Source: Antedon mediterranea
Taxonomy: Eukaryota; Animalia; Echinodermata
Length of the DNA: 64,000 bases
Assembly (NCBI RefSeq): GCF_964355755.1
Contig: NC_092677.1
Location: forward strand, 15,522,101 to 15,586,100
Direction: 5' to 3'
Of this stretch, positions 13,799-25,800 are shown piece by piece (within the stretch, counting starts at the first letter, position 1; each line of letters begins with the position of its first letter). Under the pieces are notes generated by a model that saw nothing but the letters and a program-made list of their open reading frames with translations, was not told where the DNA came from and searched no databases. Made by a program: the position numbers and the translations under genes.

Positions 13799-15136
13799 TT
13801 GTTGAAATTTGCTGATGACATTAAATTGTTTGGAAGTGTGCATTCCGAGGTCGATCCTGGAGTACTACAAAATGATATTGACAAGTTATCACTTTGGTGT
13901 CGTGAATCCCAAATGAGCTTTAATAGTAGTAATAGTAGGGGTTATCCTAGATGAAGTAACGGAACAAAAAGACTTGGGAGTGATTATTGATAAATCTAAA
14001 AGACTAGTAAACAATGTGTAGCAGCAGCCAAAACAGCAAATCGAGTTGTAGGTACTATTAAAAGATCCATTAAATATAAATCAGTTGATATGATTAAATC
14101 GCTTTATATTGGATTAGTCAGGCCTCATCTCGAATTTGCAGTCCAGGCATGGTCTCCTCAATTAAGGAAGAAAGACATTCATTTATTAGAAAAAGTTCAG
14201 AGGAGAGCAACTAGGCTACCACCTAGTTTGCATGGCATGCCCTATGCAGATAGGTTAAAAGTTTTTAATTTAAAAACCTTAGAAGAAAGACGACATAGAT
14301 GGGACACTAGGGGTCATAAACATAAATTGAAAAAGAATAATGCTCGATTAAATTGCCGTAGTCATTTTTTTACCCAACGAGTCGTAAGTTCATGGAATGC
14401 TCTCCCTGCTAGTACAGTAGAAGTTGACACAACCATACTATTTAAAAGACAATTTCAGAAGACGAGGGGGGCTAATAGAAGGCCACGATCGGCCTACCAG
14501 CCTCTTGCACCACTCATTTAGAGTGGTGTACGGTGAGTTACGGTGGGTGCTTCACAAAATGTAAACATTATACATCAAATGGCAGGCCTACTCACCTTGC
14601 GCCTTTGTATTCCGAGTTGGCTGCGGCAGGATGATACACAGGTCGTTGTTGGAGAAAAGGCCTAGAACAGCATATTTATTCATTCATATTGACACAGCAT
14701 ATTTTTTCAAAACGCATTGTGTACCAAATGCCTTGGTCATGGGTAGGCTACACAGTCCGCTTAAAATTACATGTGTTCATCTCTGTAGTTACTCAGTTAC
14801 AGCGATTGAGTAAGCGTCACGCAAAACGTCTTAAACACTGGGCATTCCAACACAGTAATCAGTACTAGTGAGACAATTGGGTTATTTACATAATAATTAA
14901 GGTTTTCCACCAGGTGGATTTCGTGCGGATCGAAAGCGTTGGTATTGCCTATATTAGCATTAGAGTATTCTCTTTTTTTGCGAAAATCAATCACAGTTTA
15001 TTACAAATATTTGAAAAACCCGAAGATATTCTCATTTACTTCTTTTTAAATAACCATCGTTTTAATAAATGAACTATTTTCTTTGAATCTTTATTTTTCA
15101 GGCGTGTGCTGATATTATTCTGGCTAATCGTGTTCT

Positions 15137-17147
15137 ATGATGTCAAATATGTATTGGATCGTTGCAGTTATTTCACTTTCTACAGCACAAGGTAGGATGC
15201 TTTAACATGATAACGAAAATAATGAAAGTAGTTTTTTCCCACACTACTTGGGGACACAAAGATGACGAGTGTATCACAAAATATATATAATTTGTTATTT
15301 AACAAAAAAAATCGAGACTGGCTATTGAAATATTTACCTGAATTGGATAGACATATTATTTGATGACGAAGAAAACAGATAATTGTGAAAATAATAATAA
15401 TATTGTGATAATCGGAAAATGATGATGATATAGGCCTTATATGACAATCAAATAACGGTAAAGAAGATAAATATATACAATAACGATACTATTGATATCA
15501 ACAATCAATACATTCCAGAACATTCTTGAACCAGGTTACTAAGGTGATGAAAAATATTCATATGATGTTGATGATGAGAAGGATGATGATGATATAAGTG
15601 TTGATAATCGATCGATCGATGACAAGTATTTAGACGAGATAACAATGGTGATGTACACGCTGACGAGGGTAGAGCTATATTTCTTATGCAGACATATTTA
15701 TTAGTAATACTTGATGATAAATATACCAAAGCAGTGATAGTTAGTTTATGTACAGCAATAAAGTACAAAGGTTGTAATAATAATAAAGATTCAAGTGATG
15801 AAGAAAATAATATCGTAACAAATTTCGTTTCGCTTCCAGCTCGTACACCATCAGGGCTTAAATCGGCGATGTTTGCTGTTCGTACAAAGACTGGGCCTAT
15901 TCCAGAACGCAAAAATGATCAACCGACTGGCATCAGATGCGCACAAGCATGTTTAAGATTAGGTTACGATGAATGTAATCACTTTAAGATTATTAGCGGT
16001 GAAGGAGGAATGTCTGGATGCCAGATTAACTCTCATACAACGGATGGTGAAGCGGCATGGGATTACGCTCTTAAGGTAACAAGTAACTTAAATGATAAAT
16101 TTGACATACTTTGTTTATGGTAATGAATAAGCTACTTGTGAGGTGGCTGTTTTTTGTGTGGCTAAAGGGTTTTGCAAGCGACAATGTGGCGTTGATGTTT
16201 TATTAAGTTTCATTTATTTTCAGGATGGAGTGATCATTAAGGTAACTGATGACGTAAACTACCAGCAAGCATCAGATCTGTGTCTGCAACGGAAAGGAAC
16301 TCTTGCGTTCTACGAGCAACTGATGTCTGCCACCAAATACGGAATGAATATGACATGTGATCAGTGTTGGCTAATCAGTGGCGAAGTAACATTCAGCAGT
16401 GGAGACACCGGGTGTGATCTTGCGGATGCATCGACTCGTTTCAACCTGTATCCAGAACGTGATGAACTCTATAGTTGCTTCTACTGCTACATCTACTCAA
16501 ATCAACCACAATATAAGCATAGCTACTACCCTGATAGCAAGCTTCTCTACCTTAGAAGAAACCAAGATACAGGGTATAATTACACTGAAGCAGAAACTCG
16601 ATGTCAGAAAGAGTTTGGAGGTCACCTAGCCCTACCTATGGAGGTATATAATGTTAGTTTAAGTGGTGTTCAAATGTGCTTGGACGAACAATTTTGGTTT
16701 TCTCGCAATATGTTTGGAATGTGTTGCATTCAAGAATATAACGATACATGCTGGTCCAACATTTTAGTTGGAGGAAGGTTCAGAATTGATCATGGAAATA
16801 GGTATTTAAGTGTGTTTTGCTCACTATCAAACATCGATATCAATCAGTATCCTTATCCATCTCACGGGGTAATAGCCATTAGAGGAGAAGGTAAATGGAC
16901 ATTCACATACAATGAAGCCTCCTCAAAATGTGATGATATTGGCGGTACACTAGCGACTAAAGAGCAAGTGTATCTGGCTTACTTGATGGGATATGTTTAT
17001 AGAAACTTTGGTTGGGTCGTAGGTGGGAACATAGTATCGTCATGTTCCATAATAACGCCAGGGGGAGGTTGTAATTCGATAGCTTTCAATGAAAAATCGC
17101 CATTCAAATCTGAATATGACGCATATTGTCACGTTCCTCCTGTTTAA
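15137..17147 (+). CDS. Secreted protein with PAN/apple-like domain and three Link (Xlink)/C-type-lectin-fold modules, about 404 aa; exons 15137-15191, 15840-16075, 16224-17147
   Basis: GT-AG introns with consistent phases (1, 0). N-terminus MMSNMYWIVAVISLSTAQ is signal-like. CAQAC..CNHF..C is PAN-like. Repeats VNYQQASDLC..KGTLA, YNYTEAETRC..GGHLA and FTYNEASSKCDDIGGTLATKEQVYLAYLMG....FGWV...YDAYC match the Link consensus. Confidence 0.85.
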
Positions 17148-18354
17148 ATTATGCAAACATGTTGCCTACACGGGCAAACATTTCTTGCCAAACCCAGAGT
17201 TTGAAAACTAAAGTGTAGAGTGGACTTTTACACGGTCATATACACAGTAAACTACACTACTTCAACTACTTTATCAATTGAAATAATTATTACAACTGGG
17301 TAGACCTACAGTACAAAGGAAATGGAGCATAAGCATAGGGCAAACATACAAAACTTTCAGTTTTGTTTTGATTGATGATTGGTGTACTATGTAGTTTAAA
17401 TTCTAATATCATAGACATGTTAATGTATTTTAATTTTATAGTATAAATTATGCTTACGACTATACTCAAATGTTCTGCACGGCATAGGAAGATGAATACA
17501 AGGATTTCCGAAGAAATACTTTTATATAAACATTTACAGGCATTCAATTAGTATCGTTATTATAATGATTTATATATTTAGTTGTGCATTATTATAAAGG
17601 AGAATATTTTATATCGTTGTTTAAACGTTATAAATAATAATAGTAATGTCATTTATAGTTTTGAAAACAAGCAAACCCTTTAAAAATACAGTAATTTCAA
17701 TCCTTTTTTTTTTTACTTCTTCTTTGTTTGTAATTATTTGTAGAATCTGATATTTTGAAGCCCATATTTTTTAAAATATGAATTATTTTATAATTAAGGC
17801 ATTATTTAATTATTTTAAGGCAAAATATTCCACAAAAATACACAACCCTAGGAACTGTGACTACAATGTGTAACAGATATTACACAGATGTTTTTTATTA
17901 TTACACAGGTATTTTTTATCATTGGACAGATATTTTTGTCTAAATTATAATAATATATACCTATCTATAAACCTGAAAAATAAAGATTACAATTTTAAAT
18001 AGGCCATTTTTTTTATGCCGTTTTAACTGTCTATAACATATCTATTCTATATTATATTGTTGTATCATAATAAATAAACCTATGAAAAGTGGTATTTATT
18101 GTTTGAATACATTTCGTGGAAACCTGTTCTTTTGGTTAATTGTTGCTTTGAAATCTACAAAAAGAGGACTAAAATTTTATAAATATCGTTTGTTATTAAC
18201 ATTCAATATTTTGTTTCATATAACACCTAAAAACAATCCTGCTTTGCCTCGTTGACATGACCTTTTATCATTCACCTCATGCCATTATTTGTACCATTAC
18301 TCATAAACATTTAAAATGTGTATAATACTATTTATATGCGTAAATGTATTAAAA

Positions 18355-19095
18355 ACAGAAGTTGTAATAGATATTAGATAATTATCATCTCGAGGGTTGA
18401 CTTTCATTATTAACCATAAGAGTTTACTCCAACCATTAAAGATGTATTATTCTCCTGAGAAAAAAAATATTTTTTTATGAAATTTGTTTGTTGAATATGC
18501 CAGTTTAATGTCACATAATAGTTGATTGGAAAATAATTGTAATAATTTAAAGGAAAAAAATATTAAAATTGGCTAATGGGTTTTTGGTTAAATTTAACTG
18601 TTTATTTTGTCATTTTATAAGTGAAAAGATTATTTTTTCTGGTTTTTAACTTTTTTATGGCCTATTTTTATTGTTTTGGTGGGACAATACATCTTTAACT
18701 AAGTCTGTAGTTATTTCGAAGTTTTTCGAAGTTTGTCTGAAATACAAGCTCAGGTAGTATACGTATGAAACGCCATATGTACCAAAATAGTCATTTTTTT
18801 TACTAATATTAAGTCAAAACTTCGTCTGGAACCCAGATTAACGCTCACGATGAGTGTAACGACACGTACAACTTATTGATAGTGGCGTAACGCAGAGGCC
18901 TCTAGTTTAAGAACCCTAAGTGGTCCTCAAACGCTGGAGGCCTATTTTTAGCCTTTTCGACATATTTTAATGCCTGTTTTTTCCTCTGGGAACTGCTCAG
19001 GGGCCCCCCATAAGATCGGTGGCGCCCCTGGGTTTAGCCGGTGAGCGCTCATAGCCGTTACGTCACTGCTTCTGGTGAAGACAATTTAAATACAA
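18355..19095 (-). pseudogene. Decayed remnant of a third TEP terminal exon
   Basis: 18385-18440 (minus: ttaatggttggagtaaactcttatggttaataa...aaagtcaaccctc) matches the stop-codon regions of both TEP copies. 18845-18862 matches gctacactcatcatgagc. 19071-19085 tctggtgaagacaat is identical to the last-exon acceptor at 23066-23080. Confidence 0.65.
18880..19068. mobile_element. MITE, hAT-like TIRs
   Basis: tagtggcgtaacg ... cgttacgtcactg inverted termini with a GC-rich interior; TSD decayed. Confidence 0.65.
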
Positions 19096-19389
19096 GTGAG
19101 TATTACAAGTAAAAATTAAAATGCGTTGCTATTACAATGCAGCGGCTGAAGCAGAAGTTTATTTATACTTGACAGAGGTCATAGTGATTAAGCAATGTCG
19201 TGTTTAACATTCGATAACTTGTAAACCCATTATATTTGGAAAAAAACATCTTTGAACAAAGTAAAGAATATGCATGAGTAGCTGGAGAAACACTCTCACA
19301 CGTGGGTACCATATATTGGGTCTTTCAGTTCCAGGTCAACATACGACTAAATACACTAACTGGATGCTACACAACTTAGGAGCCAATCT

Positions 19390-19491
19390 TAAGCTCTACA
19401 CTATTACTTTATGTGATAACGTCATATAAATACAATATTTTGGCACAACCCAATTTTTTTGTCAAACTAGCTTGATAGTGTAGACAGAGTT
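19390..19491. mobile_element. Short MITE (GCTCTGTCTACACTATCAAA TIR family, PIF/Harbinger-like)
   Basis: aagctctacactatt...tgatagtgtagacagagttt; related copies at 29862 and 33737. Confidence 0.65.
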
Positions 19492-19674
19492 TTATGGTGT
19501 TTTCAGAGAATGACTTAGAGCTGAGACGAACTATATATAAAAGAGATTCGAAACGCGGGTCGGTTCTCTTTGATCTTATAATTTAGACCTAATGTTCTCA
19601 TTGTTATGTTACGTGTGTGCTCGAGAATAGCCAGCCCGACTCGGAGAGACTGCGTCGCCATAGTATTATTATTA

Positions 19675-20870
19675 CTAGATGGTACGCGAGCGTACCATCT
19701 AGGTCGTGCCCACAGCTCAGATGGGACGTTCTCGAATACACAGTAATTTCAGCGTAAAACAATGGCGATTTCAAATGTACGTACGTTTACAGAAACGAAC
19801 AAATAGACACGATGATTTTTGCAGTCAACTAAAATTAGCACCATGGGAATTACTTGCTAAAGAGAAATCAAATTTTTGATTTAAAACAAACCCAATTTGT
19901 GTTTTGTATGTAACATTAATGTTGAGGGAAGGTACAAAGAGGAACCAAAATATATTCTTTATTCTTTATCCACTCAGCAACGAAATATTTTGTTCATGTT
20001 TTATAGGCCTATAAATAATATACCACTAAATACAGTAAAAGAATTTGCGATTTAATACTTTGTTAAAACTGTCACTGTCATAGTCGATTGAAATAGTAAA
20101 GTAGGCCTACATGTGACGATACACCACTACGACGTTTATATTTTATGTAATTATTAATACAAACGTTGAGAAGCAACTGTCAGTAATATAGTTTAATTGT
20201 ATATTATAATCTAACAGTAGGGCCTCCCACACTCACAGAATAGAGTTTATTTGTATATAATTACACTCACAGTAAACAATTTGCGATTCAAATGGCGACC
20301 AAAAATGGTTAATAGGTATTTACAGTATTGTATAGTAGTATTGTAATACTATATCTTAAGGGCCCATACATTTACATATGTTAAACCATGGAGATATACC
20401 AAATAATTTGGAATATCCCATTCATCGCAAATCAATACATTTGTATAAACGTAGGCCTATATTAAATCAGAACAGTATTTTTTTAAAGAAAATCTTCAAC
20501 ATTATGATGCTGTACTCGAGCTGTTAAACCGGTTTTCAGCCATTAAAAACAATTATCTTAGTAGGAGATAGGAAAATGCGAAGCATCCTCGTATTATTAT
20601 TGTGTGCGGGTATTTTTCAAGATGGACATCCATTAGACAATGTATACCACGATCGGAAAACACCCCTATTTGGGGCAAAGCGTTGAACCTAGATTCGTTT
20701 TAATTGTCAATAACTAATTATCGAACTCAATTTAATTAGTAAACAGGGTTACTTCAGGTGGTTAAAATAAGTACCGAAAGTACGAACCAACTTTATATAC
20801 CATCGGGTAAACATTCTAGAAATAACGCGCGATTTACCAAATTTTGCCCTTACGTAAATTTATATATAGA
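19675..20870 (-). mobile_element. Second full-length non-autonomous Helitron copy
   Basis: Reverse complement of 12547-13798. Minus-strand TC start at 20870, CTAG end at 19675, A|T target site. Confidence 0.92.
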
Positions 20871-22152
20871 TTATTGTTAACAACTCTCTGGTTCAAGTTA
20901 CACACAATTGCAAATTTCTGTTACAGAGTGTTAAAATGTAAGAGTTTTAAATAATGTTTGGTACTTAACTGTTAGTAATCTAGTTTTAGTAGAACTAGGT
21001 CTGCAAAGTACTAGACTCGTAGACAATCGACCCGATAAGACTGGGTGTGTTTCATTTTTGATACTACATGATTCATTATGCATGATAACACATATATTCA
21101 AGCAATAACAGGTGGTGGTAGCCTGCAGGCATAGTTTAGCATAAAGAGCAGATGTCACTGTATGTTTACGGCCATCCATGGAGAAATAAGTTAGTATGGG
21201 CCATCCAAAGGTGGTACATTAACGACAGACTATTTTTTTTAAATAGCCTTTTTAATAACACATAATAGTGATTCACTCACCAAAAATTAAAAATAGATAT
21301 TATTTACCTGAAAAATCTGTATAAAAGCAAAAAATAGTCAAATTGTCTTTAACAATAGTTTTTGGATAAAACTGTTTAGTTTGTCTTTTTGTAAATGAAA
21401 TCATTATTTTTGTTTGTTTTTTTTTTCTACAGGAGTTGAATAACTTTATTAAAACTACAGAGTAGCCTACCGTATTCAAAATCTGAGTTCATTAATTTTA
21501 ATTGTTCATCAGCTTTAATGAGAGGCTTAATAAACATGCAATATACTTATGTAAAAAGACTAACAAAAATCCAGTAATTTCAATATTTTTACAAATCAAT
21601 AAATATAATAATATATATATATTATTTCTTTTTCAAAAAATCTAATTATTATTTTTCTAAATATATATTAAATACGTATTTCAAGCAACTTATTTTTTTC
21701 TATTAAAAAAAATCAAGGTTTTGTTACAAAGAAACGATAGAAACTTACAAAAATACAAATTGATTATCATTAGTATCAGCAGTGAGTGATAACAAAAAGA
21801 ATTTATAAACCTTTACCAAAGCAATATATTAAAATAAATGCATTTTGCAAAGCACGCTCGTTGAGCTTGTGCACTCTTTGTGTTCATAATCAGTGTACCA
21901 CGGGGTGTACCATGTCCCACATAACTGGCTCAGCCTATTGTGCGAGTTCTGTGGTACATTTCATTTCGAAACCTGAGCTGCACTGACGAGATCTAATAAG
22001 ATCGAAACTATACTGTCTGCAGATTTGATATATTAATAAAACGTATTTAGCTTACACATGTTATACAAAAAAAATAGTTATATTCAGCTAATTTTTATAT
22101 AACATTGTGTGTAGGCTCTATGGTCCAATGTGAAATTTTAAACTACTAATAA

Positions 22153-22340
22153 TAGAGAGTTTCAGATTTGCGACGACTGACGATCAAAGTATGTCATGTA
22201 ATCCCAACTGTGTGCATGCAGGATATTGGGAATGCGCTAGACACAGATTTGGTGATATCTAGGTCCAGGCGATGAAAGACGCTACATTGATTGACCTGAC
22301 CTAGGTAGGTCACCAGTCATCACAAATCAAAAGCTTTCCA
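22153..22340. mobile_element. Probable MITE
   Basis: Imperfect inverted termini agagtttcagatttgcgacgactg / cagtcatcacaaatcaaaagcttt. Confidence 0.45.
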
Positions 22341-22848
22341 ACATTGTAAATTATGTTGCATGATTTGACCTTATAATGGTTACTATGATTTGTAAAATGA
22401 AATTGATTGACAAAATATTATTTGAATAGTATTGCAATTATCAATTTACCTAAACTTTTCGAAAAATAACACAATTTATTATCTTTTATGATTGATTTTT
22501 TGATAATTATTGAAATTTAAAACGTTATCAAAAAAATCAAAAAGTACTGTAATATCTTTAATCCATCTAGGAAATATCAAATAATAATATTTAAGTAACT
22601 AAAGTAATAAACAAATAGTAATACTGTAACATTTCACCTCATATATACACCTTACAGAGTCAACTATATCACAACCTAACTCTCTCAAAACCAACATTTT
22701 AATACGGTCCACTTTTTACTGTATAATTTATAAAAATATGATCTTGATTACATACAAAAAGTCCTACAAATAATGTTTAAAATGTACTTCAGAAGAAAAT
22801 GCTTACATTTCATTAGAGATATTAGATATAATTTGAGGGTTGACTTTA

Positions 22849-25800
22849 TTAACATTTTATTTTCAATAACCCTGTAATGAAACAGCTCATGATGAGTGTA
22901 GCGATATTAAGAAGTGGGTGAGGAGTCATTTGAATGACAGCTGCAGAGGGTTCTGGTGTTGTATCTGCCGCACTCAATCTGATTGCTTTTCCACAAGTAT
23001 CACACAATTCATGGATGTTTGATTTACTCAAAGCATTTGACAAGTAAAACGTGGTGACTTGTTCATCTGGTGAAGACAATTGAATATTACCAAGATACAC
23101 TCTTATGCCCCATGCACATTTTGGTATCCACTGTTCCACATTTTTCAATGAATGCAATTTAATGGTATTGTCCCAAATATGTTACAAATAGTTTACGCCT
23201 TACATGAACACTATTACATTGTTACATACGCTAGTTCACATGGCCTGCATGGTCAACATATGTGCATACCATCTAGAATGAATTATGTGCAGTCAAATTA
23301 TGATTACTATGTCGTATCGTGAACTGCATCACAATTTCGTGCAATGACATGCATTGCTGTGACCTACGTTAATACAAAAGTTTATTCACAAAATTGCAGG
23401 CATGAATTTGGAGTGCACCAGACAAATTTTCAACACATATTTCACGCATAGTCTTGCATCTTTTACACATTTCTAAACCATTATTTCTGCATTGTTAAGC
23501 ATTCAATGTGGGACAGTGCTGGACCAACATTTGTTAAAGAGTCAACAGAGCATTATTACAGTTTCAATAAATCACTCTGATTTAATTGATACCTTACCTG
23601 GTTGGTAGTAATTATACAACTTCACTGGGCTTGGTTTTATATTGGAAACAAGATTTGTCCTGTAAGCTGCAACACCTACACAAGTTGGAAAACTGAATGC
23701 AATCTGGAATCAAGCAATATAAATCAAGGAAAAAGACTTTATGGAAAATAAACAAACTAGCAATTTATTAGAAGAAATAAACATCTGTGGGGTACACTGG
23801 CGTATGTTAATTACCCTACAAAGTTCTGTATAAGTTAAGCGAACACGGAGGCACGTTGACACACGTCTATATGTTGGCTGACATATGTTATAAGCAAGTT
23901 GGAATACGTTGACACACATTTTAAGTATAAATAAGTTAGCAATACTGTATGTTAAGATAATATTTTGCAACATATTTGATGTATTTGATGTTCCAAACAA
24001 CCACAAAGCTATAGCAATCGTGTAGACAGCGTTTAGCCATGGACAAATTAAAGAGGAGGAGATGAAATGAACAATTTATATTGACATCAGCAGTATTGAC
24101 ATCAGCAGTATTAACATGATGTTTCAATATGATTTCAATTTGACATGAATGTTCAGAGCATTCGTCAAAAATTGGAAAGCTCCGGTGTTTTATAAAAACT
24201 TGCAGATATTATAGCTAAACCAAGGTTGGACAGGGCCATGATTTTTACTTTAGTTTTTCATTTACAGGGTGAAGGTTGTATTAGATATTTTTTAATTTTC
24301 ATTTCACCCAACCGAACCAATTACTTCAGAGTAAATGGTATTGTTACCTCATCAAGGTAAAGAATAGCACTTCTCTTCTGAAATTCATAATTCTGCAAAG
24401 AGGCAATGTCTTCAAGTTCATGTCTGATCCTATCCTCATCTACCACAAAGCCTGATGGGATACCAATTTCCATGATTGACATTCCGCTCTGCACAATATC
24501 TTTGAGATACCTGATAAAGCGAATTAAAAATCAATGACAATATATTTATATAATTAGGATTTTTCTTATTATTGTTATTATTGTACGCACATTCATTCAA
24601 GTAGTGTGCCACTGTTTCAAAAGTGTAGGCCCTCAATAAATGATTTATGTTTTGTATCATGTATGATAATTCAATTCCAAAAAAGTAGGACACCTTAAAG
24701 TTGTTATAGCATCCACAAAAATTATTGAAAAATCTAGCTACCTAATTTAGGTTACTTCTGCAAGAAGATAATGTTTTATAATTTTCATATTATTTTCAAT
24801 ATAAAAATGAAATAAAAGTCCTAGGCTATATTCCAGGGAAAAAAGAATCATTGAACCAACAAATTTAACGCCACAAAATGTTGGTCATAGAAACTTAAAA
24901 TGTTTGGCCTTCTATCAGTCACATCTCTTGTAAGTAAAAAATAACTTACTGTCCACACACTTGAATCTGAATATTGTTTAAATCATTGTCAATCACTGCT
25001 ATCGTGACGTTAAATGCAGGTTCTTCTACAACTTCTTGCACGTTGTACATAACAGAGAATTGTAAAATAAATGATCCAATTCCAGAGGCAGATACATCAA
25101 CTGAACCAGATGACGCAGGAATCTAAACATTATGGGTTTTAATATAGGACCATGTCAACATTATACAACTGTAATTACTGCAAATACATTTTGTTTACTC
25201 TTTAACTGTTTGTAGAATTATTTCACTGCGTTTTTTGGCAAATCATATACATTGTTATTCACTTCAGTTACTTCCTCATAAACGTTTATATTGAACATGC
25301 AAAATCATACGTTATATTGCAATAAAAAGTGTAATTACTGCCGTAACTGCAGTAGAATAACTTTCACATAATGATCATTGCAAAATCAATTAGTAAAATA
25401 GTAAATATTTAATGAATTACAATAAATTATTAAGAATAATACATTACCTCCAACTGTTGAAATACGAGAGCATTGTCACTGTTAACAATAAGCGACTGAT
25501 TGTAGGTTGGATCTTCTGATAATGTTACATCTATAACAACCTCACCTCTATTCACACTGATCTTACCAGCATATGAGGCAAGAGCTTGCAAGGCTACAAC
25601 AGTGTCCTAGTAGAAGAAATAAAAAGCCCTAGAGCACATGATATGACAAGAGGGCTTACAAGGCTACAAGAGTGTCATAGAAGAAGAAATAAAAAGTCCT
25701 AGAGCACACGATATGACAAGAAGGATTACAAGGCTACTACAGTGTCCTAGTAGAAGAAAAAAAGTCCTAGAGCACCTGATATGACAAGAGGGATTACAAG

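Larger units (their letters stand above)
9060..14545 (+). mobile_element. Degenerate CR1-clade LINE (ORF1 + ORF2) interrupted by two insertions
   Basis: ORF1 remnant 9099-9689. EN motifs YTNAQSI, DLIAIKESW, GDFN, SDH. RT motifs PANYRPVSLTS, DFQKAFDKV, GVPQGSVLG, KFADD. C-terminal TRGH...FFTQRVV..WNALP. Several frameshifts and deletions; short ggtgagtta-type tail. Confidence 0.9.

Noticed and set aside
15340-15820. GAT/AAT-rich tract and His-rich antisense ORF 15505-15912
   Set aside because: Degenerate simple repeat within intron 1 of the Link gene.
19500-19672. TATA-like, GC-richer segment ending in (att)n, possibly an LTR or Penelope-like end
   Set aside because: Single copy with no termini or TSD that can be supported.
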